A stretch of 63,859 nucleotides of DNA from Malacoraja senta (lineage: Eukaryota), in the NCBI GenBank assembly GCA_038087875.1, contig JAXLNO010001653.1:142-64000 (forward strand), read 5' to 3'. Shown piece after piece: positions 27,651-40,998 of the stretch. How positions within the stretch are numbered: position 1 is the stretch's first letter; every line of letters starts with the position of its first letter. The notes beneath the pieces were generated by a model. The model was not told the DNA's origin. It ran no database searches and worked only from the letters and a program-made list of their open reading frames with translations. The translations under genes and the position numbers were made by a program.

Positions 27651-27977
27651 ACTCCCCCAGTGCCTTGCTGTTAATCACATCATGAGGAAAGATTCATTTA
27701 TTATTTAAGCATACCTTTCATGGATTTCAGTTCCACCACTGAGAATCTCAAATACTCCTTCCTTGTATATTAGTTATTTATTTATTTTTGATAAATGTTC
27801 TGTTGACAAAGTCTTCTGCTCATGTGGAGAGTGGGTGCTGATTATGTGATTGCTTAGAGCAACACCACTAAACAAAGAAAGTTTAAGCATCTTGGAATAT
27901 GGGATGTAGTCACAATGGTTAAAATGGATACAACAGAAGATAATGATTATCTATGAAAGAATATTTAACGTTCTTAC

Positions 27978-28244
27978 CCCAGATGATGGTCTTCCCACCG
28001 GGCAGGCTCCTGTGATCGACATGACAGGAATACTGTTTCCCATCATACGGATCATACTGAAGGACAGACTTTAGATGATATGTTCCATCGTTGTTGGGTA
28101 TGACCCCAGAAGATTTGGTCTCAGAGACATGTTGACCATTCTGCAACCAGCTGACATTGATGGCCGGTTGGTAAAATCCAAACACAGTGCAGTACAGGAC
28201 TGAATGATCATCAGGGCGGGCAGCGAGAGTGACCTCAGGGGAAA
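27978..28244 (-). CDS. MHC class I heavy chain, alpha3 (Ig C1-set) exon
   Basis: Acceptor tcttactgtcttgtag|TT, donor TGGG|gtaaga; 267 nt, phase 1/1. (V)SPEVTLAARPDDHSVLYCTVFGFYQPAINVSWLQNG...IPNNDGTYH...YSCHVDHRSLPGGKTIIW shows the C1-set Cys/Trp/Cys, PNxDGTY and YxCxVxH motifs. Confidence 0.95.
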
Positions 28245-30025
28245 CTACAAGACAGTAAGATGGTTATTTTCATCTTCAGTAAAACTTGCACAGTCACCCA
28301 CCACAAAATATTCTTCAGTCTACTACAACCACCAAGTTACTGCCTACATCTGCCCCATTTTGCCTCTTTCGTCACCATCAACCAACCACGTGGTTTAAAA
28401 GGGATTGTACGCTCCCTGTTAAGACAGTACACAAGAAAGTTTGAAAGCACGTACCATTAAATTCAGGAACAGCTTCTTCCCCGCTGTTATTGGACTACTG
28501 GATGATTCTCATGTAAGATAAGATGTTGCCCTGATCTTCCAACCAATCTCATTGTGATCCTTGCAACTCTTTTTGATCTGCACTTTCTCTGTAACTGTAA
28601 TGCTATGATATTGTAACCCGATATTTTGCACTCTGAGTATTTTTTTCTTGGCACTGTTCTACTTGTGGATGGCTTGATTGCACATGTGTAGTATGATCTG
28701 ATTGGATAACACAGACACACTTTTGACTATATCTCAGTTCACGTGACAATAATAAACTAATACCAACGGCAAATCTTTTCACTATGGCATATTATTGACA
28801 ATAATAAATAATTGACAAGTTACGAAATGAGGGTCAATTGGGGAGGGACAAGCTTAAAATTGGCAGTATTTTCTCTCCTCTTCAATAAGAGATAACAGAG
28901 ACCAGTCATTTGTTTACAAAATCTCTTTTTGCAGAGTGTGGTCATTCTCTGGCGCTCTTGACCCCAGAGATTTGTGAAGACAAAATCATTGGAAGTATTT
29001 AATGTGGCGGTAGTTAAACTTTTGAAAGATTGGAGAATTGAGTGCAATGAGGAACTGGCACCGATCAGGAGTTGATGCCTGAGGAACGTCAGCCATGGTC
29101 ATATTGAATGGTGGGCAGGTTAGAGGACCAAATGGCTTACTCGGAAACTTGATAACCGAGGAGAAAATCAGGCTTCTGAATGATCGTTCCATAAGCTAGG
29201 GTTCTGTCCAATTGACCACTACCCCATTACAGACAGTGGACTTTGTTTATGGAACTATGCAGGAAGGAACTGTAGATGCTGGTTTAAACCGCAGATAGAC
29301 ACAACATGCTAGAGTAACTCAACGGGTCAGGCAGCATCTCTGGAGAGAAGGAATGTGTTACGTTTTGAGTCGAAACTCATATCTAATGGAACTGGTGTGC
29401 TACATTGCTGAGAACTATATGCCACAGTCTGTACCTTCCCCTTTGCTCTACCTACAGTACTTGAGTTGACTTGATCATATATATGTATGTCGTTATCTCA
29501 TCCAATTGGATATCATGGAACTGTACCTGGAAAGTTGCTGCCTTACAGTACCACAGACCAAAGTTCAATCCTGACAATGGGTGCTGTCTATATAGAGTTC
29601 ATATATTCTCCCTGTGACCATGTGAGTTATCTCCGGGTGTTACAGTTCCGTCACATTCAAAGAAGTGCAGGTTTGTAAGTTTTTTGGCTTCTGTAAATTG
29701 TCCCTAGTGTGTAGGATAGAACTAATATTTGTGTGGTCATTAGTCCGCACAGGTTCAGTGGGCCAAAAGGCCTATTTCAATGCTGTACCTCGAAACTAAA
29801 CGTGACAATAATAAACCGCAACTTATCCCTGTGCCTATCTGTAGATTAGTGTCACTCATACTGTGGCTCCGCCCACAGGCTTGTTAGACAGCTCTCTCTC
29901 TCTCTCTCTGGTAGACTGGTAGTAAGCATGCTGAGAAGAAAGCACCTTGTGTTTCCTCTGCAGAGTTACTAATAAAAGACTATGGATTTTAACCACTATG
30001 TGTGAGTTTGATCATTCTTCCAACA

Positions 30026-32075
30026 CAGGGCTTGAAATTAGCGGTTGCCCGGTGCCAATGGCAACCTAAAAGCCATGCCATTTTGCCCGGCTTGGCAAGC
30101 AACCGGGACACCTGCCCGCCCGCCATCCGTGTCCAGGTCTCGGGTTCCGCTCAGCAAGGCCGGCCGCCGAGCCCTGCACATGCGCACTGCCACGGCAACT
30201 GGTCGGCGTCGGCCACTTTCTCCCTCCCTTTGCATTGTGGGAGTTCTGGCCGCCATTGCTGTCCGGTCGCTGCCTCAGCTGGAGTAAGTCTTGCTTCTTG
30301 GTTTCCAGGTCCTCCAAAAATATTCGAAATGGAATTTAAACTGGTGGACCCACCACCACCAAACTCCAAACTGAAAAATAACAGCCTATTGCATTTTATC
30401 CGTTTATTTATTGTGTATATATATGGTCTATAGTATAGAGACACACTGAACTTTTATCTCCTGTTCTGTATTATGTTTACATATTCTGTTGTGCTGCAGC
30501 AAGCAAGAATTTCATTGTCCTATCTGGGACACATGACAATAAAACTCTCTTGACTCTTGACTTGGACTTAAGCAAAAAAGGGTTCTTGGGGGAAAAAAAC
30601 TACCTTAAATTTAGTTGCGTCTGGTTGGGTACCTATAGTAGGGTGACAACTATTCCATGCTTTAATTGTGCGGGGGAACTCCATGGAGCAGCCAGCATCT
30701 CTGGATAGAAAAAATTGGGTGACATTTCTGGTAGAAACCCTTCTTTACATTTCCTCTGGTTTTAGTGTTTTTAGTTTAATTTAAAGATACAGTGTGGAAG
30801 CAGGCCCTTCGGCCCACTGAGTCCACGCCGACCACCGATCACCCGTACTCTAGTTCTATCCCACACATCAGCAACGTAAGTCAAGACTGTTTTATTCTCT
30901 CACGTCCCAGTTAGAACAATGAAATCCTCACTTGCAGCAGCACAACAGAATATGTAAACATAGTACTCTGTAAACAATGTTATAAACGAGAAAACAAAAC
31001 TCCACACAGACAGCACCCATATTCAGGATCAATTCTGGGTCTCTGGCAATATTAGGCAGCCAATTTATGGGCAATGTACTGCCCCAATATCCTTGAACTG
31101 ATTTAAGCATACAGTAGCTGTAAAGTGGGACATAGCGTCACTTAGAGATTTAAGACTGAAAATGGATAGTTTCTTTTTTTTAGTAACCAAAGTTATCAAC
31201 GTATAATTTTTTGTGTGTTGGAAAATAAAATATAATGGATAACAGAACTTGTGTGAATGGGTAGACACAAATGCTGGAAAAACTCAGCAGGTGAGGCAGC
31301 ATCTATGGAGCAAAGGAAAAAGGTGACGTTTCGGGTCGAGACCCTTCTTCAGACTGATGTCGGGAGGGGTGGGGGGCAAAAAAGAAAGGAAGAGGCAGAG
31401 ACAGTAGGGTGTGGGAGAGCTGAGAATGGGAGGCAGGGGGAGGGAGAAAGCAAGGACTATCTGAAATTGGAGAAGCCAATGTTCATACCGCTGGGGTGTA
31501 AACTATCCAAGCAAAATATGAGGTGCTGTTCCTCCAATTTGCGGTGGGCCTCACTCTGGCCATGGAGGAGGCCCAGAACAGAAAGGTCTGATTCGGAATC
31601 AGAGGGGGAGTTGAAGTGCTGAGCCACCAGGAGATCAAGTTGGTTATTGCGAACTGAGTGGAGGTGTTGTGCGAAGCGATCGCCAAGCCTGCGCTTGGTC
31701 TCACCGAGGTTGATCATACGCTGAATAACCATATTTTTGTTTGGAAGTGGAAAGAGATAATATAAATTGCATTCATTGCAACGTGTAAACAGAGATGAGA
31801 TACTGTATTGTAATTTTGATGCATGTCATTGTGGTATATATCATGTCTTCATTGGTGAATATGTTTAGTTTGTGACTTTATTTGAAGCAGAAATAATATG
31901 TGAATGTTTCATTGACCATAATTCTGACTGGTATCTACGCACTTCATCCGAGCACATTATCGCACGCGTCATGCAAGCCATCTTAAATGACCACCTAAGC
32001 TGTCATTTGGCAACCTAAAAAGCTGCCGAGGTTGCCCGGCTGGCAACAGGGAAAAAAAGTTAAGCGAGAGCCCTG
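30026..32075. mobile_element. Non-autonomous DNA transposon with CAGGGCT...AGCCCTG termini and a 5-bp flanking duplication
   Basis: CAACA precedes (30021-25) and follows (32076-80) the element. GGTTGCCCGG/TGGCAACCTAAAAG motifs occur at both ends. Contains nested SINE and Penelope pieces. Confidence 0.7.
31258..31710 (-). mobile_element. Penelope-like GIY-YIG 3' fragment
   Basis: GETKRRLGDRFAQHL...VAQHFNSP...RKLEEQHLIFCL followed by the terminal repeat. Confidence 0.85.
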
Positions 32076-33585
32076 CAACACTATCTCTTGTGTTGTTCCG
32101 TCTCTGGAACTAAGTGGTAGCTGCGCTTAACTGTTGTAGCATAACTGTTTATGCTGAACAATTCATGAAAAAAGTCTAAAAAGGATTAAAAAACAAGTGA
32201 TTCCAGCATGTTGAAAGATAATTGGGACTGATACGTAATGGGTGGCACTGCGACACAATTCCAGTGACGAGGGTTCGATCACATCTTGAAACAGAAAATC
32301 TTAAACTGAGGCAGGCGCCTCTACTTCATCAATCCAGTGCTGTTATGACACTGGGCCTTAACATGAGAATATGAGAAATTGGGTATTTCCTTGGGGCAAA
32401 ATCAGACTTTTCAGAGACTTGGAAGCTGCAAGATAGTCCTGAAATGTGGTGGATCTCTGCGTGCTTTTCCAGAAGAGGACGAATTGTACTTATGTACAGT
32501 ATGACTTGACTGGAGAGAATGCAGAACAACCATTTCACTGCAGATAGACACAAAAAGCTGGAGTAACTCAGCGGGACAGGCAGCATCTCTGGAGAGAAGG
32601 GACGGGGTGTCCAGCATCTGCTGTTCCATCCGAACCATTTCACTGCATCTCTGCATGCATGAAATTAAACAGAGTTATATAAAATGCAGACATACTGCAG
32701 TACTCAAGTAGGTCAGGCTGTCCTGATTTGGCAGGTGGATAACTTAACTGTAATTTAAAAAAACACAAAAACGTGCAGGTGTAACTCAGTGGTTCAGGCA
32801 GCATCTGGAAGACATGGTTACGTAATGTTTCAGCTTGGGATCCTGCTTCATACTTCTTGCATCTTGTCTTTCTGTCTTCAACTTAACAGTTGAAATGACC
32901 AGTTCTTTTATCGACAGGGAATGCAACTCGTTGAATGTGGAATTGAGTTTGAAAGGCTGCAACATGTCCAGACAGAAGCTGAGTTGTTGGTCCTCAAGGC
33001 TACTTTCACCCTTGTTATCCTAGTGTAAGAGGTACAGATGGATGGATCATGGTGGGTGTTGAATGGAGAATTAGAGTGGCAGGAATTAGGAATCTTAGAA
33101 AGTCCCATGGATTGAATGCGGTTTCTCCAGAAAGCAGCCATTCTATTTGTTTCATTGATGCGTTGTGGAAGATTACGTAATGAAAACTAAATGCAGTAGA
33201 TTTGACTGGAAGTGCTTGTGTTTCACGCTGTTTCACTTTGAAGAACTGCCTGGGTCTATGGAAAGTGGTAAATGGATGGATGTTGCTTGCACCAAGACAG
33301 GAAAGTAGAGGAAAGTTGTGGGGATAGTAGACAGACCAGGGAGCGAAAAAGGGAATGACTACTTCAAAATATAGAATGGGGAGCAGGGCAGGAGCGGAGG
33401 GAGAAATGGATTGACAAATTGAATCGGATTTAAACTGGGAGTAAGTATTCAACATGGAGGCTGGAGGAGTGGAAAACATATCCCTGCCCTGTCTAATGAG
33501 AATATATGGAACATAGAACAGTACAAGAACAGGACTTTCAGCCTGCAATGTCCATGTGGAACAGGATACCAAGTTAAACTAAGGC

Positions 33586-33862
33586 AACACAGAGGCACAG
33601 TGATAGAGTGGCTGTCTTACAGCATTAGAGACCCGGGTTTGATCCTGACTAGAATGCTGTCTGGATGGAGTTTGTACGTTCTCTCTGTCACCCTGTGGGT
33701 TTTCTCTGGGGGCTCCGGTTTCCTCCCAAATACAAAAGACATGCAGGTTAATTGGCTTCTGTAAATTGTCCCTAGCGTGTAGGACAGAAATAGTGAATGG
33801 GCAATTGCTGGTCAGTGTGGACTCAGTGGCCCAAGGTTCCTGTTTCTCTAAACTAAACCAAA
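33586..33862 (+). mobile_element. tRNA-derived SINE (HE1/V-SINE-like)
   Basis: GGCACAGTGATAGAG...GACCCGGGTTTGATCC head and CTAAACTAAAC tail. Confidence 0.75.
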
Positions 33863-34179
33863 ACTAATCTCCACTGCCTGCATGTGATCCATATTCTTGT
33901 ATTCCCTGCATACCCACGAGCCTGTCCAAAACTTTCTTAAGCACCATTATCATTTCCTCCTCTACCACCACTCCTGGTAGCGCATTCTAGGTATCAAGCT
34001 CTCTCTGTGCAAAAAAACACTTGACCTGCACATCTCGTGTAAATTTTGCCCTTCGAAGCTTAACGCTGTGCTCTTTTGAGATGTGTGATAGACATGCAAT
34101 CCCATTAGGGGCTGTCAACTGTGGTCAAGAAAATCCATGGTTAACTAATATGAAAGACATCAATTGCATTTTCTCCCTG

Positions 34180-36150
34180 TCAAACAGGGATGTAATGCTG
34201 AGGTTCTATAAGGCACCAGTCAAGCCACATTTGGAGCATTGTGAGCAATTTTGGGCACCATATCTGAGGAAGGATGTGCTGGCTCTGGAGAGGGTCCAGA
34301 GGAGTACAAGAATGATCCCAGGAATGAATGGGTTAACATATGATGACCATTTGATGTCAGTGGGCCTGTACTTGCTGGAGTTTAGAAGCATAAGGGGGGA
34401 CCTCATTGAATCATACAAAATAGTGAAAGACTGTTTGCTTTTGAAATTGGTTCGATTATGTTTGCTCCCACAAAATTGCATTAAAAAACCTATAGTGAAA
34501 ATCATATAATATATAGTGGTATACGAATTTGGAAACAATTAAAAAATACTTTAAAATTGGATAATTTATCACTCTGTCTCCCCATTATAAACAACCCTTT
34601 ATTCAAACCTTCCATGTTGGATAAAGGCTTTACACAATGGAAAAATTATGGCATTAAAAAGATGGGTCATCTTTATAGGAAAGGCACTTTTCTTTCATTT
34701 CAGGAGTTACAACAGATTTACGGACTACACTCAAATAACTTTTTCAGATATTTACAACTTAGAGATTACATTAAATCAAATACACAAGATTACAGAACTA
34801 GGGAACCAGAAATCCTTGATGAATGTTTGAATAAACATCCTAATACAGAAAAATTAATATCTCATATTTATAATACCCTCTTAGATAGTGAGGTCCTGCC
34901 AACGGATTTATATAGACACACATGGGAAAATGAATTAGGCCAACCCATAACGAAAGATATTTGGGACGAAAGTCTACAATATATACATCAATGCTCGTTA
35001 AATGCCAGACATGCCTTAATACAATTTAAAGTATTACATAGATTACATTATTCTTAAACAAAATTAAATAGAATCTTCCCACATATCTCTCCTATTTGTG
35101 ATAAATGCCAGCATTTAGAGGCTAACCTTTGTAAATTGTACAAAAATCAAAAATTTCTGGAAGGACATTTTCAGAATAATTTCTGAAGTAGTCAATACCC
35201 AATTGGATCCCGACTCAAAACTAATAATATTAGGAATATCAGAACAAAGCCTAAGACTTACAATAAACCAAAGAAGCTTTCTTGATTATAGTATAATAAT
35301 TGGGAAAAAATTAATATTAAAATTTTGGAAAGGTCCTATAAACCCCACAATTAAAATGTGGATTATGGAAATGTCAGAGACCTTACATTTGGAAAGAACT
35401 AGACTTGTCTTAATTGACAAACATGAATTATTTAATGGAATATGGTCTCCATGTATTGATTTTTTGAAAGGGTAAATTGGTTCAGCATGGGAATCTGACT
35501 GAAATCCAAGCTCAGGATTAGATGAATAGTTATGCTTTATAACCTACGGACCTATCTCCAAAGTTGTATTATTGGTAAATTATTCCATTCTTCTTTATCA
35601 TGCTTTTAAATTTCTCACTTTCTACCTATAAAACAAAACTAAATAGAAGCTGATTTAATATACAATTGATAAAGGAGGACCACTATTATTTTGATAGCTG
35701 GACTCCCACCTATTAGCAAAGTAGGATTGATATATAAGAAATGTTTGTATTATGATATGCACATGCTTCTAATAAAAATATTTAAAATAAATTTTAAAAA
35801 TAGTGAAAGGCTTGGATAGATGTGGATGTGGAGAGGATGTCTCCAATGGTGGGAGAGTCTACGACGAGAGGTCATAGTCTCAATATTAAAGGACATTCCT
35901 TTAGGAAAGAGATGAGGAGGAATTTATTTTGTCAGAGGGTGGTGATTCTGTGGAATTATTTGCCACAGAAGGCTGTGGAGTCCGTCAATGGATATTTTGA
36001 ATTCTTGATTAGTATGCACGTCAGGGGTTATGGGGAGAAGGCAGGAGAATGGGGTTAGGAGGGAGAGATAGATCAGCCATGATTGACGGGCGAAGTCGAC
36101 TTGATGGGCCGAATGTTCTAATGCTGCACCCATCACTTATGACCTTATGA
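34180..36150 (+). mobile_element. CR1 3' fragment split by an L1 insertion
   Basis: KPHLEHCEQFWAPYLRKD...RGDLIESYKIVK resumes after 35809 as GLDR..VERMSPMVGES...QRVVILWNYLPQ. Confidence 0.8.
34430..35796 (+). mobile_element. 5'-truncated L1-clade insertion with 13-bp TSD
   Basis: AAAATAGTGAAAG at 34417-34429 and 35797-35809. ORF2 C-terminus CSLNARHALIQFKVLHRLH, and AATAAA near the 3' end. Confidence 0.85.
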
Positions 36151-36463
36151 CTCAGTTGGCTTCCTCCATGTGCTCCAGTTTTGTCCCATATACCAAAGAC
36201 GTGCCAGTGAGTTAGTTGGACATTGCAAATTATCCGTCGTGGAGCTGAATGTAAGGAGAATCCGAGGGAGCTGAGTGCAAGTTGTGAGAGAGAGCAGTGG
36301 AATGGTTTGTCGACATTGCATAGAAAACTAGCATAGAATCAATGGGCCGAATGACCTTTCCCTCTGTCATGATTGGGTCAGAGATAATATGACTCATTGC
36401 CTCAGAGTGAAATATTACTCATTGCCTACCATCACAAAACAACATCCTTTGTTCTGAACTCAC

Positions 36464-36739
36464 CTTTTCTGGTCAGGTATGTCTTTCCAATTGCATAGTT
36501 TGTAAGCCATAGATCCACACAGTCATGTTCTAACAAGCTCTTGAAATAACGGTTCATTTTTTCATTCTTGTCCCATTTCTCTTTGAAGGGCTCAGCTATT
36601 GGATCATGCACCGTCCACTTTAGTTTGTCCTTATCAAAACTAAATGCATATCTTCCATCAAAAGCCAACTTCAATATCCCTACAGTGGGACTGTGATCGT
36701 CCACCTCACAACCAAACTGTCCTTGAACGTAGTGATAAT
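36464..36739 (-). CDS. MHC class I heavy chain, alpha2 exon
   Basis: Acceptor tttttatttcag|AT, donor AAAG|gtgagt; 276 nt, phase 1/1. (N)YHYVQGQFGCEVDD...AFDG...WT...KEKWD...EHDCVDLWLTNYAIGKTYLTRK has H93, Q96, G100-C101, D119-G120, W133, K146-W147 and C164. Confidence 0.95.
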
Positions 36740-36919
36740 CTGAAATAAAAATAAAAATCATTATTTGATTAATTGTTATGACTGGGTAATTTCTGAACAC
36801 CAGGGTACAAGTTATTTATATATGTCACAAGTAGCAAGGGTCACAGCATAGATCCCTGTGACAACTCTACTTGTCACTGAACTACAGCCTGAATATTTGG
36901 CCTTCCGTACAACTGTAGA

Positions 36920-37365
36920 GACCATATTATTGTATGGGTGTGATGCATGGACTCTCACTCCAGCACTGTCCTAGTCTCTTGATGGTACCTACACCCGAAT
37001 GCTCGGAAAAGTTTAAAATGTCAGATGGAGGGACCACATCACCAACGCCCAGCTCTATGGGGAGAATCCACCTCTGACCGAGAAGATCACGTTGAGAAGG
37101 ATGAGGCTCGCAGGTCACTGGCTCCGTTACCCAGAAATGCCAGCGAACAAGGTTGTGCTGTGGGAACCCACCCATGGAAGACTTGACCCAGGATGGCCAA
37201 TCAAGATGATGGTGAAGACGTTGATGGAAGACGCATGTGTAGAGATAAAAAAGGCCCTTGCCAGTTGCATGAAGGAGAGATGTGTGGTGCATCCGTCACC
37301 GTGCCCGTCGGAAACCAGCACGGCACTAATGTTTTCAATGATTATTATTATCATCCACTACACCC
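36920..37365 (+). mobile_element. RTE-clade LINE 3' fragment
   Basis: LLYGCDAWTLT...RWRDHITN..LY...RRMRLAGHWLR is the RTE C-terminal pattern; short (ATT)n tail. Confidence 0.75.
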
Positions 37366-37479
37366 CTCTGTCCTGAGGATTTATCCACATTTCTCTTCAA
37401 GTGATCCAACATCTCCTTCTTGCTTAACTTCAAAGTGTCCCTGCATGTTAGCATTCTCCACATTGATTCTCCATGTGTA

Positions 37480-38285
37480 AGAAAGAACTGCAGATGCTGC
37501 AGATGTTAAAATCGAAGAGAGACACAAAATGCTGGCGTAACTCAGCGGGTCAGGCAGTTTCCCTGGAGAGATGGAATGGGCATCGTTTTGGGTCGAGACC
37601 CTTCTTCATACTGATGTCAGGGGAGGGACAAAGATAGAATGTCGGCGGAGACAGTAAGACTGGTGGGAGAATTGGGAAGGGGGAGGGGATGGAGAGAGAA
37701 ATCAAGGGCTATCGAAAGTTATAGAAGTCAATGTTCATACCGCTGGAGTATAGACTACCAAAGCGAAATATGAGGTGCTGTTCCTCCAATTTGGGCTGGG
37801 CCACACTCTGACAATGGAGGAGGCCCAGAACAGAAAGGTCAGATTGGGAATGGGAGGGGGAGTTGAAGTGCTGAGCCACCGGGAGATCGGGTAGGGTAAG
37901 ACGGACTGAGGGGAAGTGTTCAGCAAAACGATCGCAGAGCCTGCGCTTGGTCTCACTGATGTAGAGAAGTTGACAACTGAAACAGTGGATACAGTAGATG
38001 AGGTTGGAAGAGGTGCAAGTGAACTTCTGCCTCACCTGGAAAGACTTTTGGTCCTTGGACGGAGTCGAGGGGGGACGTAAAGGGACAGGTGTTGCATCTC
38101 CGGCGGTTGCAGGGGAAAGTAGCCGGGGAGCGGGTGGTTTGGGTGTGAAGGGACAAGTTGACCAGGGAGTTTCGGAGGGAACGGTCTCTGCGGAAAGCAG
38201 AAAGGGGTGGAGATGGGAAGATGTGATCAGTAGTGGGATCCCGTTGGAGGTGGCAAAAATGATGGAGGATTTTATGATGTACGTA
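37480..38285 (-). mobile_element. Penelope-like GIY-YIG fragment
   Basis: FQVRQKFTCTSSNLIYCIHC...LYISETKRRLCDRFAEH, followed by the terminal repeat. Confidence 0.85.
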
Positions 38286-39302
38286 CTATTAATAGTCCTT
38301 ACTATTCTCCACGTCTTCCTTGGTGAAACCAAACCTCGCCTATATCCACAAACTCCAAGCACATATTCCCTTCTATATCCTTAAGCAATCCACCTTTTGC
38401 TGCAATGGTTGCCTCGCCAACAGTATGTCTGTCCCTTCCTTCTTTGTGTCCATTTTGTATGTGTTAAATGTATATTCTTTCGTGTTCTTTTGCTTGTTTT
38501 GGGGGGGGGGGTTGGGGGAGTTGTGGGAAACTTTTCCTAATCTCTTACCTCGACGTTGATGCGATATTTTCTGTATCGTATCTCCGTCCACAATGCGGCC
38601 TAACATTGAGGAATGGCGGCCTTTGCTAGAGATCGACCGGGAGATCCATCGCAGGAGCCTGTGGACTTACCATCATGGAGCTCGCGATCCCTGTCGGGGA
38701 TCGACTTTAGGGCTCCAACTGTGAGAGCCTGCAAGACTTTAACATCGCGGAGCCCGCGGTCCCAGGTCGAGACCGACATCCGGGACCTCCAAGCCGCAGG
38801 AGTTTCGACCGCTCCGACCGCTCCGATGTGGGAGTTTCAATTCCCCAATGGGGGTTTCGACCACCGACTGCAGATTGTTTGACTGCCCCGACCGCAGGAG
38901 ATAAAGAGGAAGGAGATTAGACTTTATTGCCTTCTATCACAGTGAGGAATGTGCGGGCTCCTCTGTTGTGGATGTTTATGTTAACTTTTATGTTATTGTG
39001 TGTCTTGTTGCTTTTTTTAGTATGGTGTATGGTAGTCTGCATTTCAATGTACCTTAATTGGTATATGTGACAATAAACTAACCATGAAACCTTGAAAAAG
39101 ATGTGGGATTTTCTGTAATCCGACTCACTAAAGCCACTTTGTGGCCTTTATTAGCCCCTTTAATTTTAAGCTTTAGAGCAGTTGTTCTTAATCTTTTTGG
39201 CCCCACGACCCCATCGGGCATTCTTGATCAGTACCATGACCTCTGAAACAAAATTTGAAAAAAAACAGCCCGATTTATTAAAACATGTCTGCCATTGCTC
39301 AG

Positions 39303-40998
39303 TCAATGGGATGGCTGAAATTGCTTCGCAGTCATCAGGCAATCAAAACGAGCACGAATGCTCGACAGGCAGCATCGCATGTCAGTGTCGATCACAAGCC
39401 TATTGCGTACCTTCGTTTTCAGAGTTACCATAGTGGAGAATCCACCCTCACAGTGAGAGGTTGAGGGGGAATGGACCAATAGGGTCAGGGCCCTCTTCGA
39501 AAGAGCAGGACAGTCCTTCACTTTCAGCCAAAACGTGGCGAGCTCTTGTTCCATGAAGTCACTCTTGAGCTGCGCATCTTCACAAATTCGGTAAAATTCA
39601 ACCTTCGTAGTCACGTCAGTATCACTGATGGCACCGCCTTCAACGGAAAAGGGTCGGAAGATCCACTGATCACGAGAGCGGTCGTCCAGTCTGGGGAAGT
39701 AACATTCGATGGCTTCACTAATTGCCAGAAGGTGGGTTGAGATCTCCTCATGGAAGTGGCATTCAGCATCAGGCGTAGCATGGAGGAGCGTCGTCATCTC
39801 AGGGAAGATAGTCGAGTCACCGTCCTGGACTCTTCTCTGGTAAAGGTTCCTCCTGAATGCTGCCACTTTGCCATTGGGAGGTTTCCTTGAAGTGACAGGT
39901 TCAAGGAATTCACCTCAGCGAAGAAGTCAGCCAAGTAAGCAACCTTCATCACGAACAGTTCAACCTGCATCTTTTCATGAAGCTGATTCTCCTTCTCAGT
40001 ACCCCTTCTCTCCAAGAACAGCGCTATTTCCTCTCAACGTTGAATCACATGATTGAGAAATTTACCAGTGCGAAAGCCAGCGCACCTCTGTGTGGAATAA
40101 CAGAATAGTGAAATCGGCGCCCATTTCTTCACACATCGCTTTGAAGATTCTTGAGTTTGTTGCACTCTCTCGGATGTGGTTCACAATCTTCACCACATCT
40201 GAAAGCACTTCTCGAAGACCAAGAGGGAGAGTCTTCATCACTAAAGCATGGTGATGTATCATGCAGTGGGTGAAGGAGACATGGGGAGCGACATCCTTCA
40301 CGAAGGCTTGGAAACCGGATCTGCAGCTGACCATGGAAGGTGCCCCAACTGTACACATCCCGACAAGGCATTCCCACCAAGCTCATGTTTGATGAGGAAG
40401 GCTTCCAGCATTCTGAACACATCTTCTCCCCGAGTGGTAGTAGCCAATGGGTCCGAGAACAGGTACTCCTCCGCATGGCTTCTCCATTGAGGTAATGAAC
40501 GTAGACTAGCAGTTGGGAACATGAGGCAACATCTGTTGACTCTCCCAGTTGCAGTGAATACACTGGACTGCTCGTCACAGCCCTCACTACTTGCAGCAGA
40601 ATATCATTACTCATATCCGAGATTCAACTTTTGACTGTGTCATTCAAAAGGGAAATCTGCCTAAACTTGTTTGACTGCTCTTCCCCCAGCACCAACTTCG
40701 CTGTTTCGAGAAGGCGTGGCTTGATAAGCTCTTCACCGATGCTGTGAGGTTTCTTAGTCTGTGCGATTCGATAAGCAATCCGGTATGAAGCCTCCAACGC
40801 TGCTTCATTTTGATGAGCACAGTTACCCATTGAATAGATGCGGGATCCCTTGAGTACGGCTTCTTTTCGTTTGAAATAGTCCCCGCTCTTCCCCGCCAGG
40901 TTACTGTGACAAGACTCCAAATGGATCTTCAGTTTGCTGGGCTTCATGCTCTCGTGACTCAAAACCTTGGCACAGAGAACACATCGCGGCTTGACCAC
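39303..40998 (-). pseudogene. hAT transposase (BED zinc finger, CxxH, dimerization domain), multiply frameshifted
   Basis: KPRCVLCAKVLSHESMKPSKLKIHLESCH, LGESTD, CTVGAP, HCMIHHHAL, HTEVRWLS and CEGGFS...RNRL are spread over several frames. Confidence 0.9.
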
